Origin: a virus
Lineage: Duplodnaviria; Heunggongvirae; Uroviricota; Caudoviricetes
Strand: one strand, 5' to 3'
DNA: 64,000 nt
Virus record (IMG/VR): IMGVR_UViG_2718218133_000001
Below, piece by piece: positions 12,993 through 23,941 of this stretch. The translations under genes were made by a program, and so were the position numbers. The notes under the pieces were generated by a model. That model did not search any database. It was not told where the DNA came from and saw only the letters and a list, made by a program, of their open reading frames with translations. Positions within the stretch are counted from its first letter, which is position 1, and each line of letters begins with the position of its first letter.

Positions 12993-13636
12993 GCAAGATT
13001 GATTATCAAAAGCTTCGTGAAATCGCTGAAAAAACAAAAATTGCTGGTGAAGCACCTGTAATGCCTTTCGATCAGCGAATTAATGCGCTTAACGATTTTA
13101 TGAAGCACTTTTCGCCAGATATCGCGCTGGCATTGTTGGATGAACGGGAAAGAAACCAGCAATACATCAAACGCCGCGACCAGGAGAACGAGGAAATTGC
13201 GCTAACGGTAGGGAAGCTGCGTGTTGAGCTGGAAGGCAAAGACAGCAAAATAGCCAATCTTACCGCCGAACGCGATGCTCTTCGTGAAGGTGAGATGGGC
13301 GACGCTAGGCATAGCAACACACGGGCCGCAGCTGATATCTACTTCCAACTGGTCGAGGAGTGCGAAATTCCTGCTGGCGGATCTCTGGTCGAGTACGTTG
13401 ACGATATGCGCGAGAAGCTGGAAGCCGCAGAGAAGCGCATTGCAGAGTTAGAAAGTGGTTCTCAGGCACAAAAGTTAGTTGAAGCAATCATTGTTGCGAT
13501 AGAAAACGAACAGGAAAGGCTTTTTGATGAAGATTACCTAATGGATTCGAAAGAATGCATTGACGTAATTCGTGAAGAAGTAAAGCGATGGAATGATTCC
13601 CGTGCCGCTGGCATTCGCATCAACGGAGGTGAGTAG
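12989..13636 (+). CDS. Ead/Ea22-like coiled-coil protein
   Basis: 215 aa; resembles lambdoid Ea22-family early proteins. Confidence 0.45.
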   Translation: MSKIDYQKLREIAEKTKIAGEAPVMPFDQRINALNDFMKHFSPDIALALLDERERNQQYIKRRDQENEEIALTVGKLRVELEGKDSKIANLTAERDALREGEMGDARHSNTRAAADIYFQLVEECEIPAGGSLVEYVDDMREKLEAAEKRIAELESGSQAQKLVEAIIVAIENEQERLFDEDYLMDSKECIDVIREEVKRWNDSRAAGIRINGGE

Positions 13637-13808
13637 TGCGTGTGGCATGTATCGGCTTGTTACCGTACCCGACTCGTTTTTGGGCTTCTGCGCTAATTGC
13701 AAAGCCACATGTCCTGATGGCTGACAACATCATCCCGGCACCAAAGCGCCGCCATACCGGTATTGCAGCGGCACGACGAGCAGCAAAGAGACGCAGGAGA
13801 GCAAAGCG

Positions 13809-13997
13809 ATGAAAAACCGTAAAGCAAAGATTCTGTTAGTTCGTAGAAACGCTCCTGGCGTCTGGCAGTGGGTGAGACTCAGCAACCGACGGATGGGGTT
13901 AATGAAACATTACGGGATGATGGATTGTGGTTTTTGCAAAAAGCCCAGCGCGGCGCAAAACCGCTGGAAAAACCACTTGCGTACTAAAGGAGAGTGA
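13809..13997 (+). CDS. hypothetical basic small protein
   Basis: 62-aa ORF with RBS-like sequence upstream. Confidence 0.25.
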   Translation: MKNRKAKILLVRRNAPGVWQWVRLSNRRMGLMKHYGMMDCGFCKKPSAAQNRWKNHLRTKGE

Positions 13998-13998
13998 T

Positions 13999-14208
13999 AT
14001 GGCTATCGCTGCAAGTTACACCATGCATCTCTATTGTGACTGCCGTCAGTGCACGGAAGGTGTATATCCAGTGCCAGACTTCGGTGAGTATATAGGTACG
14101 TCATGGGCTGGCTGTGCAAAAGAGGCGCGCAAGGATGGCTGGCGAATAAGCAAAGACAAAACGCGTGCTTTTGCGCCCGGGCATAAAGTTTTGAGGATTA
14201 ACAAATGA
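13999..14208 (+). CDS. hypothetical Cys-rich small protein
   Basis: ATG at 13999 after AAGGAGAG; CDCRQC motif. Confidence 0.3.
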   Translation: MAIAASYTMHLYCDCRQCTEGVYPVPDFGEYIGTSWAGCAKEARKDGWRISKDKTRAFAPGHKVLRINK

Positions 14209-15482
14209 CCACTATAACCAAAGAGCGACTGCTGACAATCAAGCAGTGGCGCGAAACATACGGACCGGGTAGCAACGTTGTACTGCCAGCAGAAGAAGCG
14301 GAAGAACTGGCACGGATTGCTCTGGCATCGCTGGAAGCAAAACCAATAGGTGCATTCCACATTGCAGAACAGCAAGTTGACGGCACAAGTGACTACCTCA
14401 AGGATGGAGAATGGCCTATTGATAATGGAATTATTGAGGTCTACGCCGCTCCCCCCGTTCCAGTAGTACCGGAAGAAAAACCAATGCCTAACGCTCTAAG
14501 CATGCTTGAAAGAGAGATCACACAACTGATTGGTGATGCGCAGGAAGCCACTGTTACTGGCTATGAGTTAATCGCTGAAGCTTGGCGTTTGATGGATGGA
14601 CAAGACCCTAAAACCAGCGATTGGCATAGCAAGGCTTCGAAGTATTTAAATTCCAATATTGTAGAAAAAGTTGATGATGACCGTATTGAGGCTGTTAAGG
14701 CTGTTTTGCGTAGACTGGCTGGCAACTCTCCGGTAATTCCAGGTGAGGTGCTGTCAGCAATTATGAAGGTTGCCAGGGTTCGTGCCGATTTCGATGATTT
14801 TGACGGTGACAGGCGAGGTGTCGGTGATTGTCTGGATGAGGCTGAGCAAGAGCTTATCGTTACCATTAACAAATATGCCAGTCAGTTGGCAGCAGAACCG
14901 ATAGCGACTAATAACGTTCGAGAGCAGCAGACAGCCGTTCCGCCAGTTCCGGAAATACAGGATGATGTCGCGCAAGCAATTGAAAATCTCAAGCAGAAGT
15001 TAGTGGAATGCAATCGCTATAACTACTGCGCAGATGCAGTTAAAGGCGTAGAGGATGCCTGCCACGCTGCCATGCTTCAGGGTAGCCAACCTGTAAGCCA
15101 AACTTACAAGTTGCCAGTTAATACACCTTGCCAAGATGCGCCAGCCCATATCTGGCTGCAAACGGCTGGAGTATGGCCAGAAGATGGCGAGTTAAGCGAA
15201 TTAACGTGGTGCAGCCACAATCAGCACCATGATGACACGCTATATGTTCGAGCTGACCTTGTGAATGGCAACTCTCCGGTAACTCCGGATGGTTGGATAA
15301 GCTGTAGTGAGCGAATGCCCGCTCAAGATGATTGGATTTTAATTTATTCAAAGCACGGTGAGTATATGGCAGGACAGGTGCAAGGGGAATACGTAGAGTT
15401 GAGCGACGGCACTTTATCGTGGTTAGGGAACGCCTTGTTCTGGATGCTGCTACCAGAACCTCCCCAGGAGGCAGGTCAATGA
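14205..15482 (+). CDS. DUF551-domain protein
   Basis: 425 aa; C-terminal W..CSERMP..W-type DUF551 signature common in enterobacterial prophage early regions. Confidence 0.55.
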   Translation: MTTITKERLLTIKQWRETYGPGSNVVLPAEEAEELARIALASLEAKPIGAFHIAEQQVDGTSDYLKDGEWPIDNGIIEVYAAPPVPVVPEEKPMPNALSMLEREITQLIGDAQEATVTGYELIAEAWRLMDGQDPKTSDWHSKASKYLNSNIVEKVDDDRIEAVKAVLRRLAGNSPVIPGEVLSAIMKVARVRADFDDFDGDRRGVGDCLDEAEQELIVTINKYASQLAAEPIATNNVREQQTAVPPVPEIQDDVAQAIENLKQKLVECNRYNYCADAVKGVEDACHAAMLQGSQPVSQTYKLPVNTPCQDAPAHIWLQTAGVWPEDGELSELTWCSHNQHHDDTLYVRADLVNGNSPVTPDGWISCSERMPAQDDWILIYSKHGEYMAGQVQGEYVELSDGTLSWLGNALFWMLLPEPPQEAGQ

Positions 15483-15546
15483 GCTGGCCTGAAGCATTCG
15501 CAACGGTAGGAATTGTGATGGCGGCAGCACTGGGTTTGTATTCAAT

Positions 15547-15798
15547 TTGTCGCTGGTGGTAACGATGGGAAAAATAACTTTTGTAGTCGAATTTGAGGAT
15601 GGCAAAGAGCCACCTGTTAGCGCCAATCTTGATGTTGCTGGTGGCAGGCTTGTTTCGGTTCTATTTGGTGACTACCGAGATGACTTCTTCCAACCAGAAG
15701 AAGTTGATGTAGTGCGAGAGGCATTAAACGAGTTAAGTGTTGATAACGATGATGCTCATGCGGAAATCATCCAAAAAATGGAACTGCTAACTCACTAA
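15547..15798 (+). CDS. hypothetical acidic protein
   Basis: 83-aa ORF. Confidence 0.3.
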   Translation: MSLVVTMGKITFVVEFEDGKEPPVSANLDVAGGRLVSVLFGDYRDDFFQPEEVDVVREALNELSVDNDDAHAEIIQKMELLTH

Positions 15799-15846
15799 AT
15801 TATCAATTATGGTGCTATCACCTACGACACCGAGAGAAAATTTATA

Positions 15847-15969
15847 ATGTCAAAAGTAAATGTTTTGATTTTTTCAGCAATTGTTGGCTTTGGTTTTACT
15901 GCCGGAGTGCAGATTTATATTACGTGGGAAAAAATCATCAACTACGCATGGAGTTGTTTTATTAAGTGA
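15847..15969 (+). CDS. small hydrophobic peptide (40 aa), putative
   Basis: ATG start; MSKVNVLIFSAIVGFGFTAGVQIYITWEKIINYAWSCFIK; start of a visibly AT-rich block. Confidence 0.25.
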   Translation: MSKVNVLIFSAIVGFGFTAGVQIYITWEKIINYAWSCFIK

Positions 15970-15976
15970 GGTAAGT

Positions 15977-16270
15977 ATGTGGAGAGGTAATAGTCATGGC
16001 AAAAGCCAGATGATACTTACCGAATATCAGTTTGACCATAAAACCAATAAATCACGTTCAGTATATTTGCTTCGGCACAATAGCCGCGTAAGGAATACCG
16101 TGCTGGAGCAAAATCTGACTGTTGAAATGGATAATTACGGGGGCTTCAAGCCAACAATTTCGCTTGATGATTTTCCTCGTGGTTTAAGCGAAAGAGAAGC
16201 AATGCTGAAATTAGCAGAATGGCTACAAAGATTAAGCATTGCTATTGAAGATAACTGGTCTGAACCTTAA
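15977..16270 (+). CDS. hypothetical protein
   Basis: ATG at 15977 after GAGG RBS; 97 aa. Confidence 0.3.
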   Translation: MWRGNSHGKSQMILTEYQFDHKTNKSRSVYLLRHNSRVRNTVLEQNLTVEMDNYGGFKPTISLDDFPRGLSEREAMLKLAEWLQRLSIAIEDNWSEP

Positions 16271-16276
16271 ATTTAT

Positions 16277-16651
16277 ATGATGACACTAAAACATTTTCTT
16301 GACCGCCCATTATGGGCGGCAGCCGCAGGCTATGACTTTAATTATATGGATTGCATGTCTTATACCGCCAATGCATACGACCATTCCTTCAGTCTGCTGT
16401 TTAATTCTTTAAGAATATTGCCGCAAACAGAAGTTGGAGAGCTTCATTTATGGCTATTGGGCTTTATCGCGGCTGTCGTTGGTATTGCTATATGGCCTTT
16501 TATTTTCTGGCTGGTGGCTGTTGTAGTGTGGGTTAAGTGCAAGACATACCGGAAAAAGTATTTCTTAGGTGATGGAATGACTGATATTGCCAAAATGAAC
16601 ATTGAAGAATGGACTAAGGAATGTGAAAAGAAATGGCGCAAAAAGAAATGA
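16277..16651 (+). CDS. putative membrane protein
   Basis: 124 aa; hydrophobic segment LWLLGFIAAVVGIAIWPFIFWLVAVVVWV. Confidence 0.35.
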   Translation: MMTLKHFLDRPLWAAAAGYDFNYMDCMSYTANAYDHSFSLLFNSLRILPQTEVGELHLWLLGFIAAVVGIAIWPFIFWLVAVVVWVKCKTYRKKYFLGDGMTDIAKMNIEEWTKECEKKWRKKK

Positions 16652-17283
16652 CCAGAATCACTGAAGAGCGCATATCAGAGATTATTTCCCGTATCGAAAT
16701 GTATGGTCACGGTGCTGGATATACGGCAGATGAAGTATTGGAAATAGCCCAGCAGATGCTGGCCTTGAGACAAAAAGAGCAACATGAAAGTAATACGTGT
16801 AGATTGAATTTTGAGCATTGGCTGGAACAGCAACGCGGGAAAATCGATGTGGACTGTGGTTGTGTGTCCACTGAAACATTCATGCACTGGCTGCGGGTAG
16901 CTTACGAGGCTGGCAACTATCCGGATATTCCGGATAGTTCGGTGCCAGCACCAGGAAAGGGCGTCACCGGTGAACGTATCCGAATTAAGCCGCATGTTTA
17001 TCGCGAACTGGTTAACCGTCTCCACGATACAGCGATCAAGTGTGCTGGCACCCAGCAATTACGAGAAAGAATTAGCCGTGTTTTGGGCGACGTTATTACA
17101 CCAGATCATCATAAACAAGCCGAGAAAAGTGGCCTGGAAAGGTGTCGCCTTGAGGCGGCATTAAACATTAAGCCGGGGCATACGCTTGGCATTATTGATG
17201 CACTATTGGTTCATAAGATGGCCAGGGCTTTATTGCCGCTGGTGGCTGAAAAGCATGAGGTGGACCATGCCAACGAAAGCTGA
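16633..17283 (+). CDS. hypothetical protein
   Basis: 216-aa ORF. Confidence 0.35.
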   Translation: MAQKEMTRITEERISEIISRIEMYGHGAGYTADEVLEIAQQMLALRQKEQHESNTCRLNFEHWLEQQRGKIDVDCGCVSTETFMHWLRVAYEAGNYPDIPDSSVPAPGKGVTGERIRIKPHVYRELVNRLHDTAIKCAGTQQLRERISRVLGDVITPDHHKQAEKSGLERCRLEAALNIKPGHTLGIIDALLVHKMARALLPLVAEKHEVDHANES

Positions 17284-17551
17284 ATTACAGGTGCGCGTAG
17301 ATGAGCTTGAAAAAGAGAACGCGAGCCTCAAAAAAATGCTGTCGCGGGCGGAAAGGGAATTATCAGGCAAATTATTGCCAGAAGAACTGCCACCAGCAGA
17401 TATACCTGATCGAGTGTCCTGGTGGATGAAGTATTTCCGTGCACCGTGGGAGGCGTTTTGGTGCTACGACCATCGCAGATGGTGTGATGAACTTGATAGC
17501 AATTTTCCCTACTTTGCGGAAGGGAACACCTGCCCTCAATGCAGGGGATAG
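17267..17551 (+). CDS. hypothetical protein (coiled-coil N-term, Cys-rich C-term)
   Basis: ATG at 17267; 94 aa. Confidence 0.3.
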   Translation: MPTKAELQVRVDELEKENASLKKMLSRAERELSGKLLPEELPPADIPDRVSWWMKYFRAPWEAFWCYDHRRWCDELDSNFPYFAEGNTCPQCRG

Positions 17552-17886
17552 CATTTGACGAAATCGATCACCCTATCCTGAACTTCAGAAAGAAGGTCTT
17601 TTTCACGCGCCAGGACGTCAGGATATTGACGTTCTGGCCTTACCAGATGCCGGAGCTTCCCATTAAGCAGAATGGCCTCAGAAAACACTTTTACGCTGTG
17701 CTTTATCCCCTCTGTTTCACTTTTCAGCGTCAAAATAAAGCGCAATTGCTTATTAGCCTGATTCGGATTCAATACACGAATTTGCAGTTCGTCTATGCTG
17801 TTCCGCAATGGGATTGATGCCACCACACTGGTGCAGTCTCTGATTGTCTGAATTGAACGGCTAACATTGAGAACGTTATTGTGCAT
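17536..17886 (-). CDS. hypothetical protein on opposite strand
   Basis: 116-aa ORF with ATG start; no independent support. Confidence 0.2.
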   Translation of the reverse strand: MHNNVLNVSRSIQTIRDCTSVVASIPLRNSIDELQIRVLNPNQANKQLRFILTLKSETEGIKHSVKVFSEAILLNGKLRHLVRPERQYPDVLAREKDLLSEVQDRVIDFVKCYPLH

Positions 17887-17918
17887 GTGCCTGATCCACT
17901 AACTCCTGGAGGTTTCTT

Positions 17919-18170
17919 GTGTCAGATCGAAATATAGCAGCTAAAAGCCAGGAAGAGCGAGACAAGGTGAACGTAGACCTTGCCGCCAGCGGCGTTGCTT
18001 ACAAAGAACGGCTGAATATACCTGTGATTGCAGAGCAGGTGGCCCGTGAGCAACCGGAAAACCTGCGCGCCTATTTCATGGAACGGCTACGGCACTACCG
18101 GCAGTTAAGCCTCCAGTTGCCAAAAGGGAGCGATCCGGTGTATCAGAACGAGGATGCACCAAAAAAATAA
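17919..18170 (+). CDS. hot: DNA polymerase III theta-subunit homolog
   Basis: 83 aa; [33 protein letters not shown] closely matches the HolE/theta family; GTG start after GGAGG. Confidence 0.75.
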   Translation: MSDRNIAAKSQEERDKVNVDLAASGVAYKERLNIPVIAEQVAREQPENLRAYFMERLRHYRQLSLQLPKGSDPVYQNEDAPKK

Positions 18171-18255
18171 CGGCAAGATGGGGGAGAAATGTGATTAGCC
18201 CCCAGCGTGGCGCGCCTACAAACCCCGCTTTCACAAACTATGCCTTTTCAATGTA

Positions 18256-18275
18256 TACTGTATGAATAAACAGTA
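18256..18275. promoter_or_regulatory. LexA (SOS) box TACTGTATGAATAAACAGTA upstream of humD
   Basis: CTGT-N8-ACAG palindrome read directly. Confidence 0.6.
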
Positions 18276-18293
18276 TCATTGAGGTAAAACGCT

Positions 18294-18683
18294 ATGGGCT
18301 TCCCTTCTCCTGCGGCGGATTATGTTGAAAGCCGAATTTCTCTTGATCAGCAGATAATTAGACATCCTTCAGCGACCTACTTCATGCGGGCAGCTGATAG
18401 CCATCACCGTGAGGGAATATTGCAGGGTGCTTTGCTGGTGGTTGATTCCTCGCTTACTCCGGTTGATGGTTCTCTGCTTGTGTGCGCTATGGAGGGTGAA
18501 TATCGCATAAAGAGATACAGGAAGTATCCGCGCCAGCACCTGGAGGACTTAAGCACCGGGAAGAAAGAGGCGTTACCAGTAGATGACGATGGATACACGG
18601 GCAGTAATGCTGTTTTTGGTGTGATCACTCATGTCATCAATGATGCCCGAAGTGGGGAATTTGATGATTGTCCGGTTATTTAA
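18294..18683 (+). CDS. humD: UmuD-like SOS mutagenesis protein homolog
   Basis: 129 aa; matches my recollection of P1 HumD; preceded by LexA box. Confidence 0.8.
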   Translation: MGFPSPAADYVESRISLDQQIIRHPSATYFMRAADSHHREGILQGALLVVDSSLTPVDGSLLVCAMEGEYRIKRYRKYPRQHLEDLSTGKKEALPVDDDGYTGSNAVFGVITHVINDARSGEFDDCPVI

Positions 18684-18725
18684 GCTGCAAAGTGCTGGTG
18701 CTTTATGCCTGTGAAGTTTATAATT

Positions 18726-18749
18726 GTGTACACATAACGAGTACACGAG
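18726..18749. promoter_or_regulatory. phd-doc operator palindromes (GTGTACAC / GAGTACAC)
   Basis: Palindromic half-sites immediately upstream of phd. Confidence 0.5.
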
Positions 18750-18755
18750 GTGTTT

Positions 18756-18977
18756 ATGCAATCCATTAACTTCCGTACCGCGCGTGGCAACCTTTCTGAA
18801 GTGCTCAACAATGTTGAAGCCGGGGAAGAGGTTGAAATCACCCGCAGAGGCCGTGAGCCAGCAGTAATTGTCAGCAAGGCTACTTTCGAAGCCTACAAAA
18901 AAGCGGCGCTGGATGCTGAATTTGCATCCCTGTTTGACACCCTGGACTCCACCAACAAGGAACTGGTTAACCGATAA
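18756..18977 (+). CDS. phd: antitoxin Phd
   Basis: 73 aa from ATG at 18756; sequence [17 protein letters not shown].. matches P1 Phd as I recall it. Confidence 0.9.
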   Translation: MQSINFRTARGNLSEVLNNVEAGEEVEITRRGREPAVIVSKATFEAYKKAALDAEFASLFDTLDSTNKELVNR

Positions 18978-19357
18978 TGAGACATATATCACCGGAAGAA
19001 CTTGTTGCGCTTCATGATGCGAATATAAGCCGCTACGGCGGCCTGCCGGGAATGTCTGATCCGGGTAGGGCAGAGGCCATTATCGGGAGAGTTCAGGCCA
19101 GAGTTGCCTACGAAGAGATCACCGACCTTTTCGAAGTCTCCGCCACCTACCTGGTGGCTACAGCGAGAGGGCATATATTCAATGATGCCAATAAGCGTAC
19201 CGCGCTAAACAGTGCGCTGCTATTTCTACGCCGTAACGGGGTGCAGGTATTTGATTCACCTGAACTGGCAGACCTTACCGTAGGCGCTGCGACTGGCGAG
19301 ATATCTGTATCTTCTGTCGCCGACACGTTACGTAGATTGTATGGTTCTGCGGAGTAG
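18977..19357 (+). CDS. doc: toxin Doc (Fic-fold kinase)
   Basis: 126 aa; overlaps phd stop; [11 protein letters not shown] Fic-like motif. Confidence 0.9.
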
Positions 19358-19541
19358 ATTAATGGCACGTAAATACAACAAGTTGTCCCGTGAAGCGTTA
19401 AAGATGCTTCTTGATGGCGTGAGCCGCCGCAAGGTAAAGCAATACCTGGTTGGTAAGCAAATTGGAGTCAGGACCGCTATTGCTGTGTTATGCCGTCAGG
19501 AAATGGTTGTGCTTAAACAGAGAATGCCGGGCAGCAGATAA
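19341..19541 (+). CDS. pdcA: small protein downstream of doc
   Basis: 66-aa ORF; position matches P1 pdcA. Confidence 0.4.
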   Translation: MVLRSRLMARKYNKLSREALKMLLDGVSRRKVKQYLVGKQIGVRTAIAVLCRQEMVVLKQRMPGSR

Positions 19542-19568
19542 AGCCCAATCAGTGATTAAAGGTGTGAT

Positions 19569-20612
19569 GTGAAAGCCATAATTACTCCCTTTGTACAGAA
19601 AGAGCTTGGCCTCGCCACGTTCAAAGTGGATCAGGAGGTCAGAAAGCTGGTGGAGGCTGGCCGTAAATTTATTATGGAGCCGGTGCCGCGTGAGTTAATC
19701 GAGCACATGGAAGACGGCCTCGTTGTTACCGAGCAAACCATGGCAACAAATGAGGCGTTGCAGCCGTTTTTTAACAGCGATGAACTGTTTCGCCGTATTG
19801 GTGGAATTGACTCGCTGGTGGCGTGGTTGCGTAGGAAAGAGGGTCAATGCCAGGCCGCAGATCGTAGTTGGTGTGACAACCATATTGTCCACGCTGAACG
19901 AGACAATAGCGCGGTGTTGTTGTGCTGGCATCACGATAACCATTACCGGATGCGTGGTTTTAATGAGCTGAAAGAAACGCTGCACAATAATCGCGTTAAC
20001 TGGATACTGGATGTCGCCCGTCAGGAAATGGGCCTTTCAAATAGCCATGATTTAAGTATTCAGGAGCTGTGCTGGTGGGCTTTCATGCGCAACATGATGC
20101 ACCTGATGCCGGAAGAAGTCTGCCGCATATCAATAAATAAGATGAAGGCTACTCCGCAGGATAGCGGACCTCTGAAAGAGGCGGATATTCGCCCGTATGA
20201 CGATCGCGCTACAGCATATGTTCAGATGATGGAAGAACGCGCCGCGCCGATGCGTGCAAAAGTATGCCCTGTGGATGTTGACTCCGATCCAGGTATGGCG
20301 CATTTCAAAATACCAAAACTTCAATCGCTAAAATTGCCCGAGTACATGGACTTTGTGGCTTCCCGTCCATGCTGTGGCTGTGGAGCTGCGGGAGCTGGCG
20401 CTCACATTACGCCTTATATCGTTCGTCATAGTCGATTATGCGCGCATGACATTTATGCTATTCCTCTGTGCCAGTCATGCCAGCGTGATATTGAGCGTGA
20501 CCGCGATAATTGGGAGAAGACGCACGGTAGGCTGGCGATGCATCAACGATTGTTCTTTGATTACGCGCTTGGAGTCGGCGCTATCACAAGTCATTCGTCG
20601 AGCGTTAGATAA
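19569..20612 (+). CDS. pdcB: hypothetical protein downstream of doc (Cys-rich C-terminus)
   Basis: 347-aa ORF; position matches P1 pdcB. Confidence 0.45.
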   Translation: MKAIITPFVQKELGLATFKVDQEVRKLVEAGRKFIMEPVPRELIEHMEDGLVVTEQTMATNEALQPFFNSDELFRRIGGIDSLVAWLRRKEGQCQAADRSWCDNHIVHAERDNSAVLLCWHHDNHYRMRGFNELKETLHNNRVNWILDVARQEMGLSNSHDLSIQELCWWAFMRNMMHLMPEEVCRISINKMKATPQDSGPLKEADIRPYDDRATAYVQMMEERAAPMRAKVCPVDVDSDPGMAHFKIPKLQSLKLPEYMDFVASRPCCGCGAAGAGAHITPYIVRHSRLCAHDIYAIPLCQSCQRDIERDRDNWEKTHGRLAMHQRLFFDYALGVGAITSHSSSVR

Positions 20613-20613
20613 A

Positions 20614-20630
20614 ATTGCTCTAATGTATTG
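20614..20630 (+). promoter_or_regulatory. C1 operator-like site ATTGCTCTAATGTATTG upstream of lpa
   Basis: Operator core ATTGCTCTAAT; TTGACA -35-like hexamer at 20671-20676. Confidence 0.5.
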
Positions 20631-20700
20631 CTATTTCTTTAATCGAGGGTATTATATTCGACGTTGATTAGTTGACATGGGCTAATCAGTAGGTGACAGG

Positions 20701-21153
20701 ATGTTACTTAACTGGCAGGGACGCCACTTCATGGAAATAAATCACTCACGAATAACATCGTACGAGATTGCGGATTACATGATCCGCACTAAATCTCTTC
20801 TATCAGCGAAAGAACTCGCAGCAATTCTTGAAAAGGAATACCCGCATCTGGATGTCGATAAGCGCGATGTTTATCTGCGCTTAAAGGCTATCGCTGTGTC
20901 TAAGTATTCGTCTGTTTTGATTGATGACAGTACACGCCCACGTAGATTTCAGATCCACTCTCTGAATCCTGAATTCTTTCGCCGCAGCCGCGCTCCGCGC
21001 CGGTTTGATGAAAAACTCCAGAACGAACTCTATATGACGCAGGACGAAAAGGAACGCCGGGAGCACCAGCCTTGGGTGATGGCGCGTCAACTTTTCAATA
21101 AGGTGGTCCGTCAGCACCGTCATTACGGTAATGCCACATCCGCACGTATCTGA
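20701..21153 (+). CDS. lpa: late promoter activator
   Basis: 150 aa; position between pdcB and pacA as in P1. Confidence 0.6.
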   Translation: MLLNWQGRHFMEINHSRITSYEIADYMIRTKSLLSAKELAAILEKEYPHLDVDKRDVYLRLKAIAVSKYSSVLIDDSTRPRRFQIHSLNPEFFRRSRAPRRFDEKLQNELYMTQDEKERREHQPWVMARQLFNKVVRQHRHYGNATSARI

Positions 21154-21239
21154 TTGATTGCTTGCCCGTTCCGGGCCTTTTGACATGTGACTTTCGTTAC
21201 CCTCGCGTCAAAAAGAGTTTTATACGAAAGGAAGCATAA

Positions 21240-22433
21240 GTGACCTGGGACGATCACAAGAAGAATTTTGCTCGCCTGGCGCGAGATGGTGGTTACACCA
21301 TCGCACAGTATGCCGCCGAGTTTAATCTTAACCCTAATACCGCACGTCGTTATCTCCGTGCCTTCAAAGAAGACACCAGGACAGCGGACAGCCGCAAGCC
21401 AAATAAGCCAGTCAGGAAGCCTCTAAAAAGCATGATCATTGATCACGCTAATGATCAACGTGCAGGTGATCACATTGTGGCTGAAATGGCTGAAAAACAA
21501 AGAGTTAATGCTGTTGTCAGTGCCGCAGTCGAGAACGCTAAGCGCCAAAATAAGCGCATAAATGATCGTTCTGATGATCATGACGTGATCACCCGCGCCC
21601 ACCGTACCTTACGTGATCGCCTGGAACGCGACACCCTGGATGATGATGGTGAACGCTTTGAATTCGAAGCTGGCGATTACCTGATAGATAACGTTGAAGC
21701 GCGGAAGGCCGCGCGCGCTATGTTGCGTCGGTCCGGGGCCGATGTTCTGGAAACCACTCTTCTGGAAAAGTCTCTTTCTCATCTCCTTATGCTGGAGAAC
21801 GCCAGGGATACGTGTATTCGCCTGGTGCAGGAAATGCGCGATCAGCAAAAAGACGATGATGAAGGTACTCCGCCTGAATACCGTATCGCGAGCATGCTAA
21901 ACAGCTGTTCCGCGCAGATAAGCAGCCTGATCAATACCATTTACAGCATCCGGAATAACTATCGAAAAGAAAGCCGGGAGGCGGAAAAGCACGCTTTATC
22001 TATGGGGCAAGCTGGCATTGTTAAGCTGGCATACGAACGAAAGCGTGAAAATAACTGGTCAGTGCTGGAAGCGGCTGAATTCATCGAGGCGCATGGAGGA
22101 AAAGTGCCTCCCCTGATGCTGGAGCAAATCAAAGCCGATCTGCGTGCTCCTAAGACCAATACCGATGATGAGGAAAACCAAACAGCATCTGGCGCTCCAT
22201 CACTTGAAGATCTGGATAAAATCGCGCGAGAACGGGCCGCCAGCCGCCGCGCTGATGCCGCATTGTGGATTGAGCATCGTAGAGAAGAAATTGCCGATAT
22301 CGTCGATACAGGTGGTTATGGTGATGTCGATGCGGAAGGCATATCAAACGAAGCATGGCTTGAACAGGATCTGGACGAAGACGAGGAGGAAGACGAAGAA
22401 GTTACCCGCAAACTGTACGGGGATGATGATTAA
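21240..22433 (+). CDS. pacA: terminase small subunit / pac-site recognition protein
   Basis: 397 aa, GTG start; contains the pac site internally as in P1. Confidence 0.8.
21430..21595. other. pac packaging site: 4 + 3 GATC-containing hexamers
   Basis: GATC at 21434, 21441, 21453, 21468 and at 21564, 21576, 21587; matches the known P1 pac architecture. Confidence 0.7.
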
Positions 22434-23917
22434 TGGCCAGAAGTTGCGTAACGGACCCACGTTGGCGCGAGCTGGTGGCGCTATATCGTTATGACTGGAT
22501 TGCGGCCGCTGATGTGTTGTTTGGGAAGACACCAACCTGGCAGCAGGATGAGATCATTGAGTCCACGCAGCAGGACGGCAGTTGGACAAGTGTGACCTCC
22601 GGCCATGGTACTGGTAAATCGGATATGACGAGTATCATTGCAATACTCTTCATCATGTTTTTCCCCGGCGCTCGCGTCATTCTGGTCGCTAACAAAAGAC
22701 AGCAAGTCCTTGATGGTATTTTCAAATACATAAAGAGCAATTGGGCTACTGCTGTTAGCAGATTCCCGTGGTTGTCGAAGTATTTCATTCTTACAGAAAC
22801 GTCTTTTTTTGAGGTGACTGGCAAGGGTGTTTGGACAATATTGATAAAGTCCTGTCGCCCCGGGAATGAGGAGGCGTTGGCTGGTGAACACGCCGATCAT
22901 CTCTTGTATATCATCGACGAAGCGTCGGGTGTGAGTGATAAAGCATTCAGTGTGATAACAGGTGCGCTGACCGGTAAGGATAACCGTATTCTGCTTCTTT
23001 CCCAGCCTACGCGACCTTCAGGCTATTTCTACGATTCACACCACAGACTAGCTATTCGCCCGGGAAATCCTGATGGATTGTTTACTGCGATAATACTGAA
23101 TAGTGAAGAATCTCCGCTTGTAGATGCAAAATTTATACGAGCAAAACTTGCGGAGTATGGCGGTCGTGATAACCCCATGTACATGATCAAAGTACGTGGT
23201 GAATTTCCCAAATCTCAAGATGGCTTTCTTCTTGGTCGTGATGAGGTTGAGCGGGCGACGCGGCGAAAGGTCAAGATTGCCAAAGGATGGGGCTGGGTTG
23301 CATGTGTTGACGTTGCTGGTGGCACAGGACGAGATAAGTCCGTTATTAATATCATGATGGTGTCCGGCCAGCGAAATAAACGCCGTGTAATCAACTATCG
23401 TATGCTGGAATACACAGACGTTACAGAAACGCAGTTAGCCGCCAAGATTTTCGCAGAATGTAACCCAGAACGGTTCCCGAACATAACCATAGCTATTGAT
23501 GGCGATGGCTTGGGGAAATCGACGGCTGATCTAATGTACGAACGCTATGGCATTACCGTCCAGCGTATCCGCTGGGGTAAAAAGATGCACAGCCGTGAAG
23601 ATAAAAGCCTTTATTTCGATATGCGCGCTTTCGCGAATATTCAGGCGGCAGAAGCTGTAAAATCAGGGCGTATGAGGCTTGATAAGGGGGCTGCGACTAT
23701 AGAGGAAGCATCAAAGATACCGGTAGGGATAAATTCCGCAGGTCAATGGAAGGTGATGTCAAAGGAAGATATGAAGAAAAAACTCAACCTGCACTCACCG
23801 GACCATTGGGATACATATTGTTTCGCTATGTTGGCGAACTATGTTCCCCAGGATGAAGTGCTTAGCGTCGAAGACGAAGCGCAGGTTGATGAAGCTCTGG
23901 CATGGCTTAATGAATAA
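22433..23917 (+). CDS. pacB: terminase large subunit
   Basis: 494 aa; Walker A-like GHGTGKSD; start overlaps pacA stop. Confidence 0.85.
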
Positions 23918-23941
23918 CTCATTAACCATGCCGGATAGAAA

